Both the position numbers and the translations under genes were made by a program. The notes under the pieces were generated by a model. The model saw only the letters and a list, made by a program, of their open reading frames with translations. It ran no database searches and was not told where the DNA came from. A stretch of 58,303 bases of DNA from Candidatus Heimdallarchaeota archaeon (GTDB lineage Archaea; Asgardarchaeota; Heimdallarchaeia; Hodarchaeales; Hodarchaeaceae): NCBI GenBank assembly GCA_048881705.1, contig JBHLSH010000013.1, positions 1-58,303 of the forward strand, read 5' to 3'. This document shows positions 37,698-50,440 of the stretch, piece after piece (positions within the stretch are counted from its first letter, which is position 1; each line of letters opens with the position of its first letter).

Positions 37698-38540
37698 TCA
37701 GGTACCAAAAGCCATTTTTTGGAGTCTTGAAATTCGCTCTTCGATTGATGGATGAGTCGAAAACAGCCCTGCCAAACTACTACCAGATAGGGGATTCATG
37801 ATGTATAAATGACTTAAGCTCGGATTAGGCGTGTCGCGGGAGCGAGAATGACGGGAATAAGTGTCAAGTTTTCCTAGGGCATTTGCCAATCCTATGGGGT
37901 TTCCAGTGATTTTGGCCGCTCCTTTATCCGCAGCAAATTCCCGTGATCTTGAGATAGCTAACTGTACAACAATTGCGGCAATGGGAGCAACTATCCAAGT
38001 TACTAACATCGCAAGAGGATTCACAGAGTTCTCACGGTCAGAATAGCTAAACCATATTGCCATTCGTGATATGAACATGATTGCTGATGCAAACATCGCT
38101 GCAATCGTCTGGATAAGTGTATCCCAATGCTTCACGTGACTCAGTTCGTGTGCGAGAACACCATCTAGTTCTTCAGCATTCATTGCTTGTAAGAGTCCTG
38201 TATGAACTGCAATGACTGCCTTTCCTGGAGAGCGGCCTGTCGCAAATGCATTTGGTTTTGGATTATCTACTATCGCCACACGAGGCATTGGTATTCCAGC
38301 CCTTGCTGCTAATTTTTCAACCCGTCTATAAAGTTCGGGTGCCTCGGATTCATCTACTATGCGTGCTCGAGTCATTCGTAGAATTAAGGAGTCTGAGAAC
38401 CAATACGAACCGAATACAAAAATGCCTGAAAAAAGCAGGAACATTAGTGGCGGAATATTGAAGATTATGGATAATACGTATAAGATCCCTATCAGAATCG
38501 TAAATAGCATTCCAGTCTTGAAGAGATTCCCTATATCCAT
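37698..38540 (-). CDS. htpX: Zinc metalloprotease HtpX (M48)
   Basis: PNAFATG, HELSH, ISRSREFAAD, FSTHPSIEERI. Confidence 0.95.
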   Translation of the reverse strand: MDIGNLFKTGMLFTILIGILYVLSIIFNIPPLMFLLFSGIFVFGSYWFSDSLILRMTRARIVDESEAPELYRRVEKLAARAGIPMPRVAIVDNPKPNAFATGRSPGKAVIAVHTGLLQAMNAEELDGVLAHELSHVKHWDTLIQTIAAMFASAIMFISRMAIWFSYSDRENSVNPLAMLVTWIVAPIAAIVVQLAISRSREFAADKGAAKITGNPIGLANALGKLDTYSRHSRSRDTPNPSLSHLYIMNPLSGSSLAGLFSTHPSIEERISRLQKMAFGT

Positions 38541-38691
38541 TTGTTTTGTCTACCTTTTATTATGATTTGATTTCATCTAATCTATTACCTATTTATTATG
38601 ACTATCTTCCCAGAACCCCAACGAATCGTTTTTAGGCGATATTAATGAGTCCTACATACATGACCAATCATTCAAACTAAGGAGGTCTATT

Positions 38692-39654
38692 GTGCCAAAA
38701 ACATTGATGTGCGATCCGGAGTTATTGAAAAAGGACCTAAGCGGTCGCATCTATATCGTGACGGGGGCCAACTCTGGGGCGGGATTAGCGACCTCTTCGC
38801 AACTGGCTCACCAGGGAGCACACGTAGTTGGTGCTTGCCGTCGCGTGGATGCAGGAAAAAGGGCTTTCGCTAAATTAGCAAGCGTTCGCGGCTCAGTTGA
38901 AGTGATAGAGCTTGATCTCGCCAGCTTCGCCTCAATCAGGCGTTTTGCTGAAATGTTTATGGCCAAGCACGACCGGCTGGACGGCCTTATTAACAACGCT
39001 GGCATCATGTATGCTCCCGAAGGAAAGACGGAAGATGGTTTTGAAAGCCATTTCGGCGTGAACTACCTCGGACACTTTCTTCTCACAGAACTCCTGCTTG
39101 AAACATTGAAGGCAAGCGCTCCATCTCGCATCATATGTGTATCAAGCGTACTCCACATTGGGACGAGGAACCAAGTAGGGGAGATATATTTTGACGATCT
39201 CAACTTTGAGAAACGGCAGTATGACCGGAATCTTGCGTATACACAGTCCAAGTTGGCCATAGTTCTCCACGCACTAGATCTCTCTCAGCGTCTGAAAGGT
39301 ACAGGGGTGTCAGCTTTTTCGATTCATCCAGGATGGGTACGCTCCAATCTGGCAAGACATGCTATCCCAGGGGCAGTGTTTATTCAGAACGTCTTGATGA
39401 GACCGTTTAGCCGTTTTCTTGGTACGATGTCAACTTATGAAGGCGCACAAACTACCCTCCACTGCCTTCTCGATGATGACGCGCCACAGCACAGCGGCGA
39501 GTACTTCAGCCAGAATAGTATTCTCTATCCCAATAAAGAAAACCGCTCAGGGGGATGGCCCATGCGCTCCCCCAACAAGTATGCAAACGATCGAGAGCTG
39601 GCCAGGAAACTCTATCAAGTTAGTCTCGAGATAGTAGGCATGTCGGCCAATTGA
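38692..39654 (+). CDS. SDR oxidoreductase (retinol-dehydrogenase/WWOX-like)
   Basis: TGANSGAG, NNAG, AYTQSK, HPGWVRS. Visibly GC-richer than its neighbours. Confidence 0.92.
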   Translation: MPKTLMCDPELLKKDLSGRIYIVTGANSGAGLATSSQLAHQGAHVVGACRRVDAGKRAFAKLASVRGSVEVIELDLASFASIRRFAEMFMAKHDRLDGLINNAGIMYAPEGKTEDGFESHFGVNYLGHFLLTELLLETLKASAPSRIICVSSVLHIGTRNQVGEIYFDDLNFEKRQYDRNLAYTQSKLAIVLHALDLSQRLKGTGVSAFSIHPGWVRSNLARHAIPGAVFIQNVLMRPFSRFLGTMSTYEGAQTTLHCLLDDDAPQHSGEYFSQNSILYPNKENRSGGWPMRSPNKYANDRELARKLYQVSLEIVGMSAN

Positions 39655-39692
39655 AGAAAAAAACGCAAACGAATGTCCAAGGTTTGAATAAG

Positions 39693-40610
39693 ATGAATAA
39701 AGACTGGACTACAGATGAAATGCCTGATCAGTCAGGAAAAATAGTTATAGTTACGGGGGCAAATAGTGGGATAGGTTACGAAGCAGCGAAAGAATTCACA
39801 CGAAAGGGTGCTGAAACAATACTTGCTTGCAGAAATATTGGAAAAGCAGCGAAAGCAGCGAAGAAAATCAACAAAGAAATACCCAATGCCAAAACAGTGG
39901 TCATGGAACTCGATCTCAATAGTTTGAAATCTGTGTATAAATTCGCCGAAGGATTCAAACAAAAATATTCTAAGCTAAATGTCCTCTTAAACAATGCTGG
40001 AATTATGTTTGTCCCATATAAAACCACTGAAGATGGATTTGAGACCCAAGTTGGGATTAATCATCTGGGGCATTTTGCTCTTACGGGTTTGTTATTTGAT
40101 TTGTTGAAAAATACCCCAGGGGCGAGAGTTGTTAATGTATCCAGCAATGGTCACGCCATGGGAAAGATGGAGTTTAGGGAAGACGCTTTCATTTACAAAG
40201 ATGGTAAAGGCTACTCTAGGATGCGAGCCTACGGACGTTCAAAGCTATCGAACCTTCTTTTTACTTATGAACTGGACAAACGGTTCAAAGAATCAAACAT
40301 TGATGCAATTGCCGTCGCAGCTCATCCGGGGTTATCAAATACGAACCTAGTTCGGCAATGGTATGCCAGAATCCTCAAACCATTCTACTTTTTCTTCATG
40401 CAGAGTGCAGCAATGGGAGCGTTACCTTCAATTCGTGCTGCAGTAGATCCCGATGTCAAAGGAGGCGAATATTATGGCCCAGGAAGGATGCGAGGACAAA
40501 GAGGCCCTCCTGTAAGGGTGAGATCCAATGCCGCTTCACACAATACGGAACATGCCAAAAAATTGTGGGAGCTGTCTGAAAAACTTACTGGGGTTACTTT
40601 CCCGATCTGA
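39693..40610 (+). CDS. SDR oxidoreductase (retinol-dehydrogenase-like), second copy
   Basis: MNKDWTTDEMPDQSGK, TGANSGIG, NNAG, AYGRSK, AHPG, YYGP. Confidence 0.93.
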   Translation: MNKDWTTDEMPDQSGKIVIVTGANSGIGYEAAKEFTRKGAETILACRNIGKAAKAAKKINKEIPNAKTVVMELDLNSLKSVYKFAEGFKQKYSKLNVLLNNAGIMFVPYKTTEDGFETQVGINHLGHFALTGLLFDLLKNTPGARVVNVSSNGHAMGKMEFREDAFIYKDGKGYSRMRAYGRSKLSNLLFTYELDKRFKESNIDAIAVAAHPGLSNTNLVRQWYARILKPFYFFFMQSAAMGALPSIRAAVDPDVKGGEYYGPGRMRGQRGPPVRVRSNAASHNTEHAKKLWELSEKLTGVTFPI

Positions 40611-40751
40611 ATCAGATCAAAAGGTGACACACCAGCAACTTGCTTTATTAGGAAAAAAGAAGAAAGAAAGGGGGGAAGCTAGTAATAATATCATACGGCT
40701 TTTTTGACTTCTTCTCCATATGCAGGACTTGCTTAAGGTGTTCTAACTGCC

Positions 40752-42980
<2,229 letters not shown>

Positions 42981-43039
42981 CTATTCTCAATTCTATAAAT
43001 TTTTTACCTATTTCAAGTATCTCCCCTTTTTCTGATTAG

Positions 43040-43267
43040 AATAATACCGCCATTGCAGAGATATTATTTGAACATATGATGTCGGGGACTATTTGGTGAC
43101 AAATTGATAATGATATTTAAGGATAAAGCGACAGTTTCCAACAATTCAAAGGCACTGACAGATAATGGACTCCCGAAAGAGATTAATGTGAAGGGAGTTT
43201 CGCGATTTGAAGTAAAAAATACCCCCATCACCACATTATATGTAAAACTTGTGGAAAAATTATCGAT
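43040..43267 (+). pseudogene. Fur/PerR-family regulator relic
   Basis: DKATVSNNSKALTDNGLPKEINVKGVSRFEVKNT, then a -1 frameshift in the C5 run (43222-43226) to HHHIICKTCGKIID. Upstream part is degraded. Confidence 0.75.
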
Positions 43268-43699
43268 CGATCAATAATAAGGTTCCAGGGAATTTCCCAT
43301 TTGGATCACCTGGCTAACTGCAGAAATCGCTCTCAACATACTTGGTCTTCACTACAGAATCGACCCGAATTGCGAATTGCCAGTTCCTTTTATGTTTACA
43401 TCAAGGATGATGGATGTTCCTATGTCCTTTACTTTATCTTGAGTTGAAACATGGACGTGTTATCAGGTAGCGCTTGATGTTTTCCACACATGGGGCATAC
43501 TAGGATCCTAGTTTCATTATCATCGTTTTTAACCAGCCAAAGTCCCCCACAAGAGCAAAATATCGAGGGATTAGTTTCAACTGACATGTTCATACTTCCT
43601 TGAGAATTTTGTTATGTAACTCTAAACTCACAACAGAGCGACCACGAAAGATACGATTTTGCCGGCAGAAAAAAAAGAAAAAGGGAAATGGAGTAGAAT

Positions 43700-44161
43700 T
43701 TATAGAGTTAGTCGTTTTCTACCTGTCCCTGGCATTTTGGGAAGATATAGTTGTAGTGTCCCATCTTTGAAGGAGGTTTCGATTTTTTCCGTATCGATTG
43801 AGGTCGGCAGAGAAATGGCCCGCCGAAACCTATAGGCCACACGTTCCCGCCGAAGGTATTTTCCGTCTTTTTCAGTTTCTTCTTCCTTTTTTTCCATGTT
43901 ATGCTCTGCTGATATTTCAATCGATTCAGGTGTTACATCTATGGAGATATCTTCCTTTTTAAACCCGGGAATGTCGGCTTCGACAATAAATTTGTCATCT
44001 AGTTCGCGCACGTCTACCAATGGGGCAAAAACTCGATCCCTAAGAGCAAGATCTCGGTCACCAAAGACATTAGCAAATAAATTCCGCATTTCATCTTCAA
44101 GACGAGATACTTCTTGGAATGGATCTAGCCCCCATTTTCGATCTCTTCTTATTAAACTCAT
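43700..44161 (-). CDS. hsp20: Small heat-shock protein (Hsp20/alpha-crystallin)
   Basis: PLVDVRE..DKFIVEADIPGFKKEDI...RRERVAYRFRRAISLP...FKDGTLQLYLPK. GGAGTGA RBS. Confidence 0.95.
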   Translation of the reverse strand: MSLIRRDRKWGLDPFQEVSRLEDEMRNLFANVFGDRDLALRDRVFAPLVDVRELDDKFIVEADIPGFKKEDISIDVTPESIEISAEHNMEKKEEETEKDGKYLRRERVAYRFRRAISLPTSIDTEKIETSFKDGTLQLYLPKMPGTGRKRLTL

Positions 44162-44567
44162 TTAAATCACTCCTTTCATATTTCATCTTGTTGGTTGGGA
44201 ATAATTCCCTATTTGAAGCAGATTTGTTAACGTATTTATATTTTTCGTTTGAATAGATCCTCTCAAATAGAATTATTCACCCTTCTTACGTCGAAGAATT
44301 TGATTTCCTTTTTTTATTCACAGAGTAATATTTTCGGAGATTCCATATGTTAATAAAATATGTAAAGGATGGAATAATAAATTGTTATGACCATATCTCT
44401 TGTAATTAAGACAGTATCATTGTAATTCATTGTTTTCTAGCGAAATGGCTTTTTCTAAGCTACGTTTGGCTTTTGTCAAGAATAGATAAGAGTCTTTTCG
44501 GTTTCATCTCAATCACGAAAGAAGATATATATTCAAATAATCCTATTCTGAGACTATCCGGGGAGTG

Positions 44568-44702
44568 ATGGCAAAAGACTTGATCATTAATTTTCTAGTT
44601 GGACTCATTCCGCTTATTTTCCTAGCAATCTCCTTTCATACCATAGTCCGTCTCATCAGATATTTTTACACGTTTCTAATCCTGCACCTGTCACCATTCT
44701 AA
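44568..44702 (+). CDS. Putative 44-aa hydrophobic micro-protein
   Basis: GGGAGTG immediately before the ATG. MAKDLIINFLVGLIPLIFLAISFHTIVRLIRYFYTFLILHLSPF*. Below the ORF-track cutoff. Confidence 0.4.
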   Translation: MAKDLIINFLVGLIPLIFLAISFHTIVRLIRYFYTFLILHLSPF

Positions 44703-44885
44703 TAGACCACCTGATGGCAAGTCCGAATGGTCGACCTGGTTCGGTAGAGTAAGGAACAGGCGTTCCACCCCATCCTCCAATTGAGAGAAGACGACTAACT
44801 CTTTAAAATTGGTCTGTACTTCCTAAGGTATAGCGGGCCCGAAAGTTGGAAAATATTCCAGGACGACAATGGAAGACACTAAGGG

Positions 44886-45722
44886 TCATTCATCCTTAGA
44901 TCTCTTCACGGGAGTCTTGATTGCTTTCAATGAAAAAGTTAAAGGGATTTTTTGAAACCGTTCTGGGAGGTGCCACCATCCATCTTCTTTTTTTTCGAGA
45001 AAGGGAAGCATTCTCCACGAAATAAATGGAAATTCATGAATAAATTCAATTCGCAATCCTGCCTCTATGAGATTATTCGTAATGGATCCCAGATCGTGCA
45101 TCCACCCATATTCTTTGATGTTGGTTAATCTTATGTCTTCATCCGCATACGAGCCTTCCGCATCAAACTCAAGTGGCTTATCTTGATGAAAATAGGGATA
45201 ACGAATACGTAGCTCGTCTTCGCATTCGTCGTCGAAGATGTTTCCGGTCGGATGAGAGTCTAGGATGTAGAAAATGCCACTTGGCTTTAGATAATAAGAA
45301 ATAAACCTGGCCCAGGCTTTCAGATCGGGCAACCAATAAATTGCGCCATTGCTAGTGAAAACCACATCAAAAGAATGTGATTCCAAGCTTGTGCGATCCA
45401 ACTCATAAATGTCAGATTGAATGAAGGTAGCGTTAATGCCAATTTCTGCACTCAATTGTTTGGCCAGCGCGATCGCTCGACCAGAAAAGTCCACGCCTGT
45501 GACTTGAGCTCCTAATCGAGCCCAAGAAAGGGTATCTTTACCAAAATGGCACTGTAAATGTAATAATTTCTTCCCTCGTACATCGCCAACTTCATTAACT
45601 TCTAGATTACTTAACGAAATACCTCCCTTCTTGAATTCTTCAACATTGTAGAATTTCCCTTTGAAGTGAAGGTCTGCCAGTTCATCCCACCGTCTTTTAT
45701 TGACTTCAATATACTTCTTCAT
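44886..45722 (-). CDS. Class I SAM-dependent methyltransferase
   Basis: LLHLQCHFGKDTLSWARLGAQVTGVDFS, FDVVFTSNG, LKPSG.FY. Confidence 0.92.
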   Translation of the reverse strand: MKKYIEVNKRRWDELADLHFKGKFYNVEEFKKGGISLSNLEVNEVGDVRGKKLLHLQCHFGKDTLSWARLGAQVTGVDFSGRAIALAKQLSAEIGINATFIQSDIYELDRTSLESHSFDVVFTSNGAIYWLPDLKAWARFISYYLKPSGIFYILDSHPTGNIFDDECEDELRIRYPYFHQDKPLEFDAEGSYADEDIRLTNIKEYGWMHDLGSITNNLIEAGLRIEFIHEFPFISWRMLPFLEKKEDGWWHLPERFQKIPLTFSLKAIKTPVKRSKDE

Positions 45723-46071
45723 CGGGATTCCGCTCTTGGGGGCTTAAAAGTAACAGAGTAGGTAAATATTATCCTTGGGAGTTTAAAAGGGGAATGCTAG
45801 ACTCCAAATCCCCTTTCTGAGGGAGTTATAGAAAAAAAAAGGGGTAGATGAATTCAATCCAATCGGTTCACTAGCCCAGAAGATCTTTCATTGAATCTAT
45901 AATTCCTTGGTTTGATCTCAACTTTGAATCATTCCTTGACAGGTAAGAACCAGCCAATACGTTGCAGAGAGTATGAGAAGGAATACGATTAATTACTTCA
46001 TGCATCCTAAAGGAACATTCTCAGTCTTTGACATCTCTTACTTTATCTTAGATTGAAGATTAGAGCGTTGA

Positions 46072-47196
46072 TCAAAGATAGTCATTCACATCTAATAATT
46101 TTAGGAACTCTCGGAAATGCTTATCCTCATTGATTGAGGTCAATTCTTCACTTTTAATGACGGGGGGCCAATTTTCCCAACCATATTGATAAGCTCTCTC
46201 AAGATATTTGACCACGGTCTTAACATCCTTCTTAGTAGCGTATGATCTTGCCGCCAGAATATAGGCCCAGGTAGGAACATCGTCGATCTCAAATGCTTGT
46301 TCAAAACTCGCGATTGCTTCGTCATATTCCTTATCATAGAAATGTCTCATTCCCTTTTCAGCGAAGTGCTCAGCTTCATTGAACATACAAATATACTGAA
46401 TATATTCTCGTTCTGTGTGAAAACCCACCTTTTTCGCTACACCAATTGAACCGTAATTTTCCTCCTCACAATGCCACCCGACAATCGAATAACCACGAGA
46501 AAAACAATACTCAACAGCCGCCGCGGCGGTAAGTGCCCCCAGACCTTTCAATCGATATTCCTCTGTAGTGATTATCCCGATCTCACATTCATTTCCACTT
46601 GCACAATCGGGATTTACCCAGACCACGATTTTATTTCCATGAACTAAACACATGCCAAATCCGAGTGTTAGTTGATAATCCAAATAGTATTCGATCCACT
46701 CGTTGATGTCCTTTGGGATCTCTAAGGACGCGATATCGAGAGTGGTGTCCACGTGAAGTAATCTATAACCCTCGGGGATATTTTCTTTCCAGTCTAGAAG
46801 AACAGAGCTACAGGTAAAGTGAATTCTATGAACTGGAAGTGGAATCCGTATATCGAAAACATCTGGAAATACTATTTTCCAATCATCAGAATCTATGTAA
46901 AAGAATAGATAGCTGAGAAAACGTGGGTTGACAGGAGAATAGAATTCCCTTTTAAGAATCATATTATGAAATAATTTCTTCAGTCCCAGGTTGAATCTAG
47001 GTACATTTGGATTTCCTGCGAGAAACCAACCTTCGGTTGTGGCCATGAATCCACAATGGGGTTCCTCAGTGTTATTTACCCAGATTTTGCCAGGCGATGA
47101 ACCCTCTATGACCGCTCTTACAACAAGATGGAAGTCAAATTTCCTGAATACGGATCGAGCATTCTCGTAATCTTGGATCTGGAGTTCTTGAAAGAT
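46072..47196 (-). CDS. GNAT-family acetyltransferase (PF12746-like) with C-terminal TPR; apparent ATC start
   Basis: The track ORF (ATG 47046) extends 50 codons upstream without a stop to ATC at 47196, 6 nt after AGGTGA. GFGMC...EIGIIT.EEYRLKGLG...WHCEEENYGS. TPR: AEKGMRHFYDKEYDEAIASFEQAF. Confidence 0.8.
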   Translation of the reverse strand: MFQELQIQDYENARSVFRKFDFHLVVRAVIEGSSPGKIWVNNTEEPHCGFMATTEGWFLAGNPNVPRFNLGLKKLFHNMILKREFYSPVNPRFLSYLFFYIDSDDWKIVFPDVFDIRIPLPVHRIHFTCSSVLLDWKENIPEGYRLLHVDTTLDIASLEIPKDINEWIEYYLDYQLTLGFGMCLVHGNKIVVWVNPDCASGNECEIGIITTEEYRLKGLGALTAAAAVEYCFSRGYSIVGWHCEEENYGSIGVAKKVGFHTEREYIQYICMFNEAEHFAEKGMRHFYDKEYDEAIASFEQAFEIDDVPTWAYILAARSYATKKDVKTVVKYLERAYQYGWENWPPVIKSEELTSINEDKHFREFLKLLDVNDYL

Positions 47197-47215
47197 TTTG
47201 GATCACCTTAAATCG

Positions 47216-48283
47216 TCATGAAACGCTACTCGGATCTACAGATTGAATTTCCCTCTTGAATGCATATCGTTTTAGCCAGAGAGCTACATACACCAACAAT
47301 AGTAAAACTGGTACCTCGATTAGAGGGCCAACAACGGTCGCCAACGCCTGATCTGAATTGATCCCGAAGGTGGCGATCGCAACTGCAATAGCAAGCTCAA
47401 AATTGTTCGAAGCTGCCGTAAATGCCAGGGTGACGGTTTCGGGATAGCTGAACCTAAGGAACACGGAAAGGAAAAAGCTTATCAGAAACATCCCAATGAA
47501 GTAAATGAAGAGTGGGACTGCAATAAGTAAGATATCCAGGGGTTGTCCCAGGATTTTTTCGCCCTGCATAGAAAACATCGCTATGACGGTGAACAACAAG
47601 CCAACTATGGCCGTTGGGCCGAGTTTTGGAATGAAGACATTGGTGTACCAGTCATTACCTCTTCGACGACGGAGAATTTCTCTTGTTAAGAATCCGGCAA
47701 TTAGGGGAATGCCCAAAAAAATAAAGACACTTCGTGCGATATCCAAAATATCAATTGTCGTAATACCGATGAAAATCCACGCATAGATGGCATAGAATAA
47801 GATTTGAAAAACACTGTTAAGAGCTACGAGAATGGCACATTTTTCGGCATCTCCCCCAGCAAGCATATTCCAAATGAGAACCATCGCTATACACCTTGCT
47901 AATCCAACCAGGATTATTCCCTCCCGATAGCCAGGATAATCCATTAAGAATATCCAAGCAAGAAGTGTCATGAAGATCGGGCCAATAACCCAGTTCTGAA
48001 CAAGCGATGTGCCAAAGAGCCTATACTCTTGAAGCGCTTGAGGAATCTTCTCGTACTGTACCTTGGCTAGTACAGGATACATCATCCACAATAGGCCAAT
48101 GGCAATCGGGAGAGAGACCGTATCAATTTGGACTTGATTGAAAATATCTTGAATATTAGGGACTAGACGATTCATGAATAGCCCGATAATCATAGCAACT
48201 ATGATAAACACGGGGAGAAATTTATCTAGCATTGATATTTCTTCTGTTACAGTTTTAGATATGCGTATTTTGTCAGACCTCAA
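47216..48283 (-). CDS. acr3: ACR3-family arsenite efflux transporter
   Basis: LDKFLP, GLLWMMYPVLAKV, QNWVIGP, GLARCIAMVLIWN, ASNNFELAIAVA, GPLIEVPV. Confidence 0.96.
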   Translation of the reverse strand: MRSDKIRISKTVTEEISMLDKFLPVFIIVAMIIGLFMNRLVPNIQDIFNQVQIDTVSLPIAIGLLWMMYPVLAKVQYEKIPQALQEYRLFGTSLVQNWVIGPIFMTLLAWIFLMDYPGYREGIILVGLARCIAMVLIWNMLAGGDAEKCAILVALNSVFQILFYAIYAWIFIGITTIDILDIARSVFIFLGIPLIAGFLTREILRRRRGNDWYTNVFIPKLGPTAIVGLLFTVIAMFSMQGEKILGQPLDILLIAVPLFIYFIGMFLISFFLSVFLRFSYPETVTLAFTAASNNFELAIAVAIATFGINSDQALATVVGPLIEVPVLLLLVYVALWLKRYAFKREIQSVDPSSVS

Positions 48284-48684
48284 AATAAATCCCGTTACAC
48301 AAATTCATGATTTACGAGTTCCCATACCTGGAAACAAAACCAGAGGAACCCTTAACATCGTTGAAGAAACTCAGTCTTTGTTTTGAAAACGTCTGATGAA
48401 ATTCTCCTATATCAACTTTTTTTCGGAAATTTACACGGGTTAGTTCTACATGGATTTGAATTTTAAAATGTAAAATAGTATTTAATTAATGTTTCTTTGA
48501 ATCGATAGAGGCTAATACCTCTAATGTCAAATGAGTGTTGTAAGTGGAAAAGACGGTCGATAAGTTATCGGAAAATATAAGAGCAAATACATTGAAATAT
48601 GGAAATACAAAACTCACAGATTCCTCCATGATAGTTTGTACAAGAGGTCCGCAAGTAGGTTTTGAAACCGCTGGAGTAGAATTT

Positions 48685-49203
48685 ATGAATGCATTTGGGA
48701 TGACTGAATTAGAGCAGTTGTTTTTTGGAGTTTATTTGATGGCTCACGGGTCGATATATTCGATATTCTTGATTTATCGTTTTGATAAAGATAGCGACGC
48801 TTATTTGGGATGGAACGGGCGATCCTGGTTATTAGATAATATAATACCCGAAAATATTGTCAATTTTATAGGGAAAGCGACCTGGATTTTGATTGTGTTA
48901 TTATTCATTGTGAGTGGTTTAGCTATTCTAGATTTATTGATCTTAGATGAGTTTTTAGGTCCATTAATCATCATTTCGGCGACGATTGCGACATTTGCTT
49001 ACATAATATTCTACGATGGGTTATCTCCAACTCCGTTCCATTGGATACTAGGAGTAGTGATCAATTTGGCTGTAATTGCCTTTGTGATCTTCTTTCCGAG
49101 TAATGTCATATTATTATTGGCAATATTAATACTTGTAACCCTGTATGGAATGTTATTTCATGTCAAAATCGTGTCTAGAGTTATAACCTCCCGATCCTCA
49201 TGA
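48685..49203 (+). CDS. Hypothetical membrane protein
   Basis: About 5-6 TM segments. ATG 48685 follows GGAG; the track extends to GTG 48544. Confidence 0.65.
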   Translation: MNAFGMTELEQLFFGVYLMAHGSIYSIFLIYRFDKDSDAYLGWNGRSWLLDNIIPENIVNFIGKATWILIVLLFIVSGLAILDLLILDEFLGPLIIISATIATFAYIIFYDGLSPTPFHWILGVVINLAVIAFVIFFPSNVILLLAILILVTLYGMLFHVKIVSRVITSRSS

Positions 49204-49437
49204 TTTACATGTCATGAAAGTTAAGCATATTTATCTCGAGTGAATACAAATGAGAAATGGATAAAATTCCTAATCTGAAAGAAATTAAATGTGATAGAAA
49301 TCCCAATACGATTTTCCGCCGTAAACCAGGATAGAGCGGCACGCGTTCGTTATTGGATGGAGTGTTTTAGAGCCGTTATGAAATTCGGAAAAGAATAAAC
49401 TACTAGTGGTAAAACTAGAGTCTTTCTAGGACAGTAA

Positions 49438-50403
49438 ATGAGAATTTTTATTGCAGGCGGTACAGGCGTATTAGGGAAACGCTTGTTACCTTTACTTATC
49501 AAACAAAACCATCAAGTGGGGGTTTTAGCACGATCCGAGGAGCAGAAAAGATGGATCGAGAAGCAAGGAGCGATTGGAATTCAAACAGATTTATTCGATC
49601 GGGAAAGAATGATCCCGGCCATTCAAGGTTATGAAGCAGTTCTACATTTAGCTACGGCGATTCCTCGAAAGAGTCGAACCTCTCCTAAAGATTGGCAACT
49701 TAATAGAAGGATTAGAGAGGAAGGTACAGATGTCCTTATTTCTGCGACTTTAAGGAATAAATGCGAACTATTTATCATACAAAGCGTGACATTCAATTAT
49801 GGACATCGCGAGGGGGCCTGGGTAGATGAATCAATAAAGCCTTCAGTACCAGTTCCCAGCTCGGTCAAGCTCTCCAAAGAATTTCAGGAACTAAATGACA
49901 GTAATGTTATCATGGAGAACAGAGTTCTAAATGCGGTTGAAAATAAGAACCTTCCCGGTATTATTTTAAGATTTGGATGGTTTTACAGTTATGACTCGTT
50001 AAATATATCGCAATTCGCCAAAAATCAATTCTCTTATGTTGGAGACGGATCCGCGTATTGGAATATTATTAGTGTTGATGACGCCGTGGAAGCCATTGTG
50101 AAAGCAATAGAGAATTATAGGGAATGTATAGGCATGACGTTCAATGTGTGCGATAATGAACCTGTAAAGGTGAAGGATCTACTAACATATTCGGCCAAAG
50201 TAGCGGGCTTCAAAAACCCAAAAAAAATTCCGGAACTTTTGGTCAAGAATTATGCAGGTACATATGCATTAAGCTTTCTAAAAAACTCAGTTCGTGTAAA
50301 GAACATCAATGCCAAAGAGAAGTTGCAATGGACATTACGTTATCCGACATATAAAGAGGGGATAAAAGAGGAAATCAGAAAGTTCCTTGAATACAGTAGA
50401 TAA
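49438..50403 (+). CDS. NAD-dependent epimerase/dehydratase (extended SDR)
   Basis: MRIFIAGGTGVLG, VLHLAT, LRFGWFY, FNVCDNEP. Confidence 0.92.
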   Translation: MRIFIAGGTGVLGKRLLPLLIKQNHQVGVLARSEEQKRWIEKQGAIGIQTDLFDRERMIPAIQGYEAVLHLATAIPRKSRTSPKDWQLNRRIREEGTDVLISATLRNKCELFIIQSVTFNYGHREGAWVDESIKPSVPVPSSVKLSKEFQELNDSNVIMENRVLNAVENKNLPGIILRFGWFYSYDSLNISQFAKNQFSYVGDGSAYWNIISVDDAVEAIVKAIENYRECIGMTFNVCDNEPVKVKDLLTYSAKVAGFKNPKKIPELLVKNYAGTYALSFLKNSVRVKNINAKEKLQWTLRYPTYKEGIKEEIRKFLEYSR

Positions 50404-50440
50404 TTGCTTCCAAAACTGATAGAGATAACGGGTATGTGTT

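Noticed and set aside
39841-39866. AAAGCAGCG tandem duplication
   Set aside because: Only two units, encoding an ordinary KAAKAAKK helix.
43500-43511. Perfect 12-bp palindrome CTAGGATCCTAG
   Set aside because: Several such palindromes are expected by chance in 58 kb.
44300-44680. Minus-strand reading with HTH/TPR-like words (KEIARKISGMS, KAKRSLEKAI)
   Set aside because: Many stops, and it is partly the shadow of the + strand micro-ORF at 44568.
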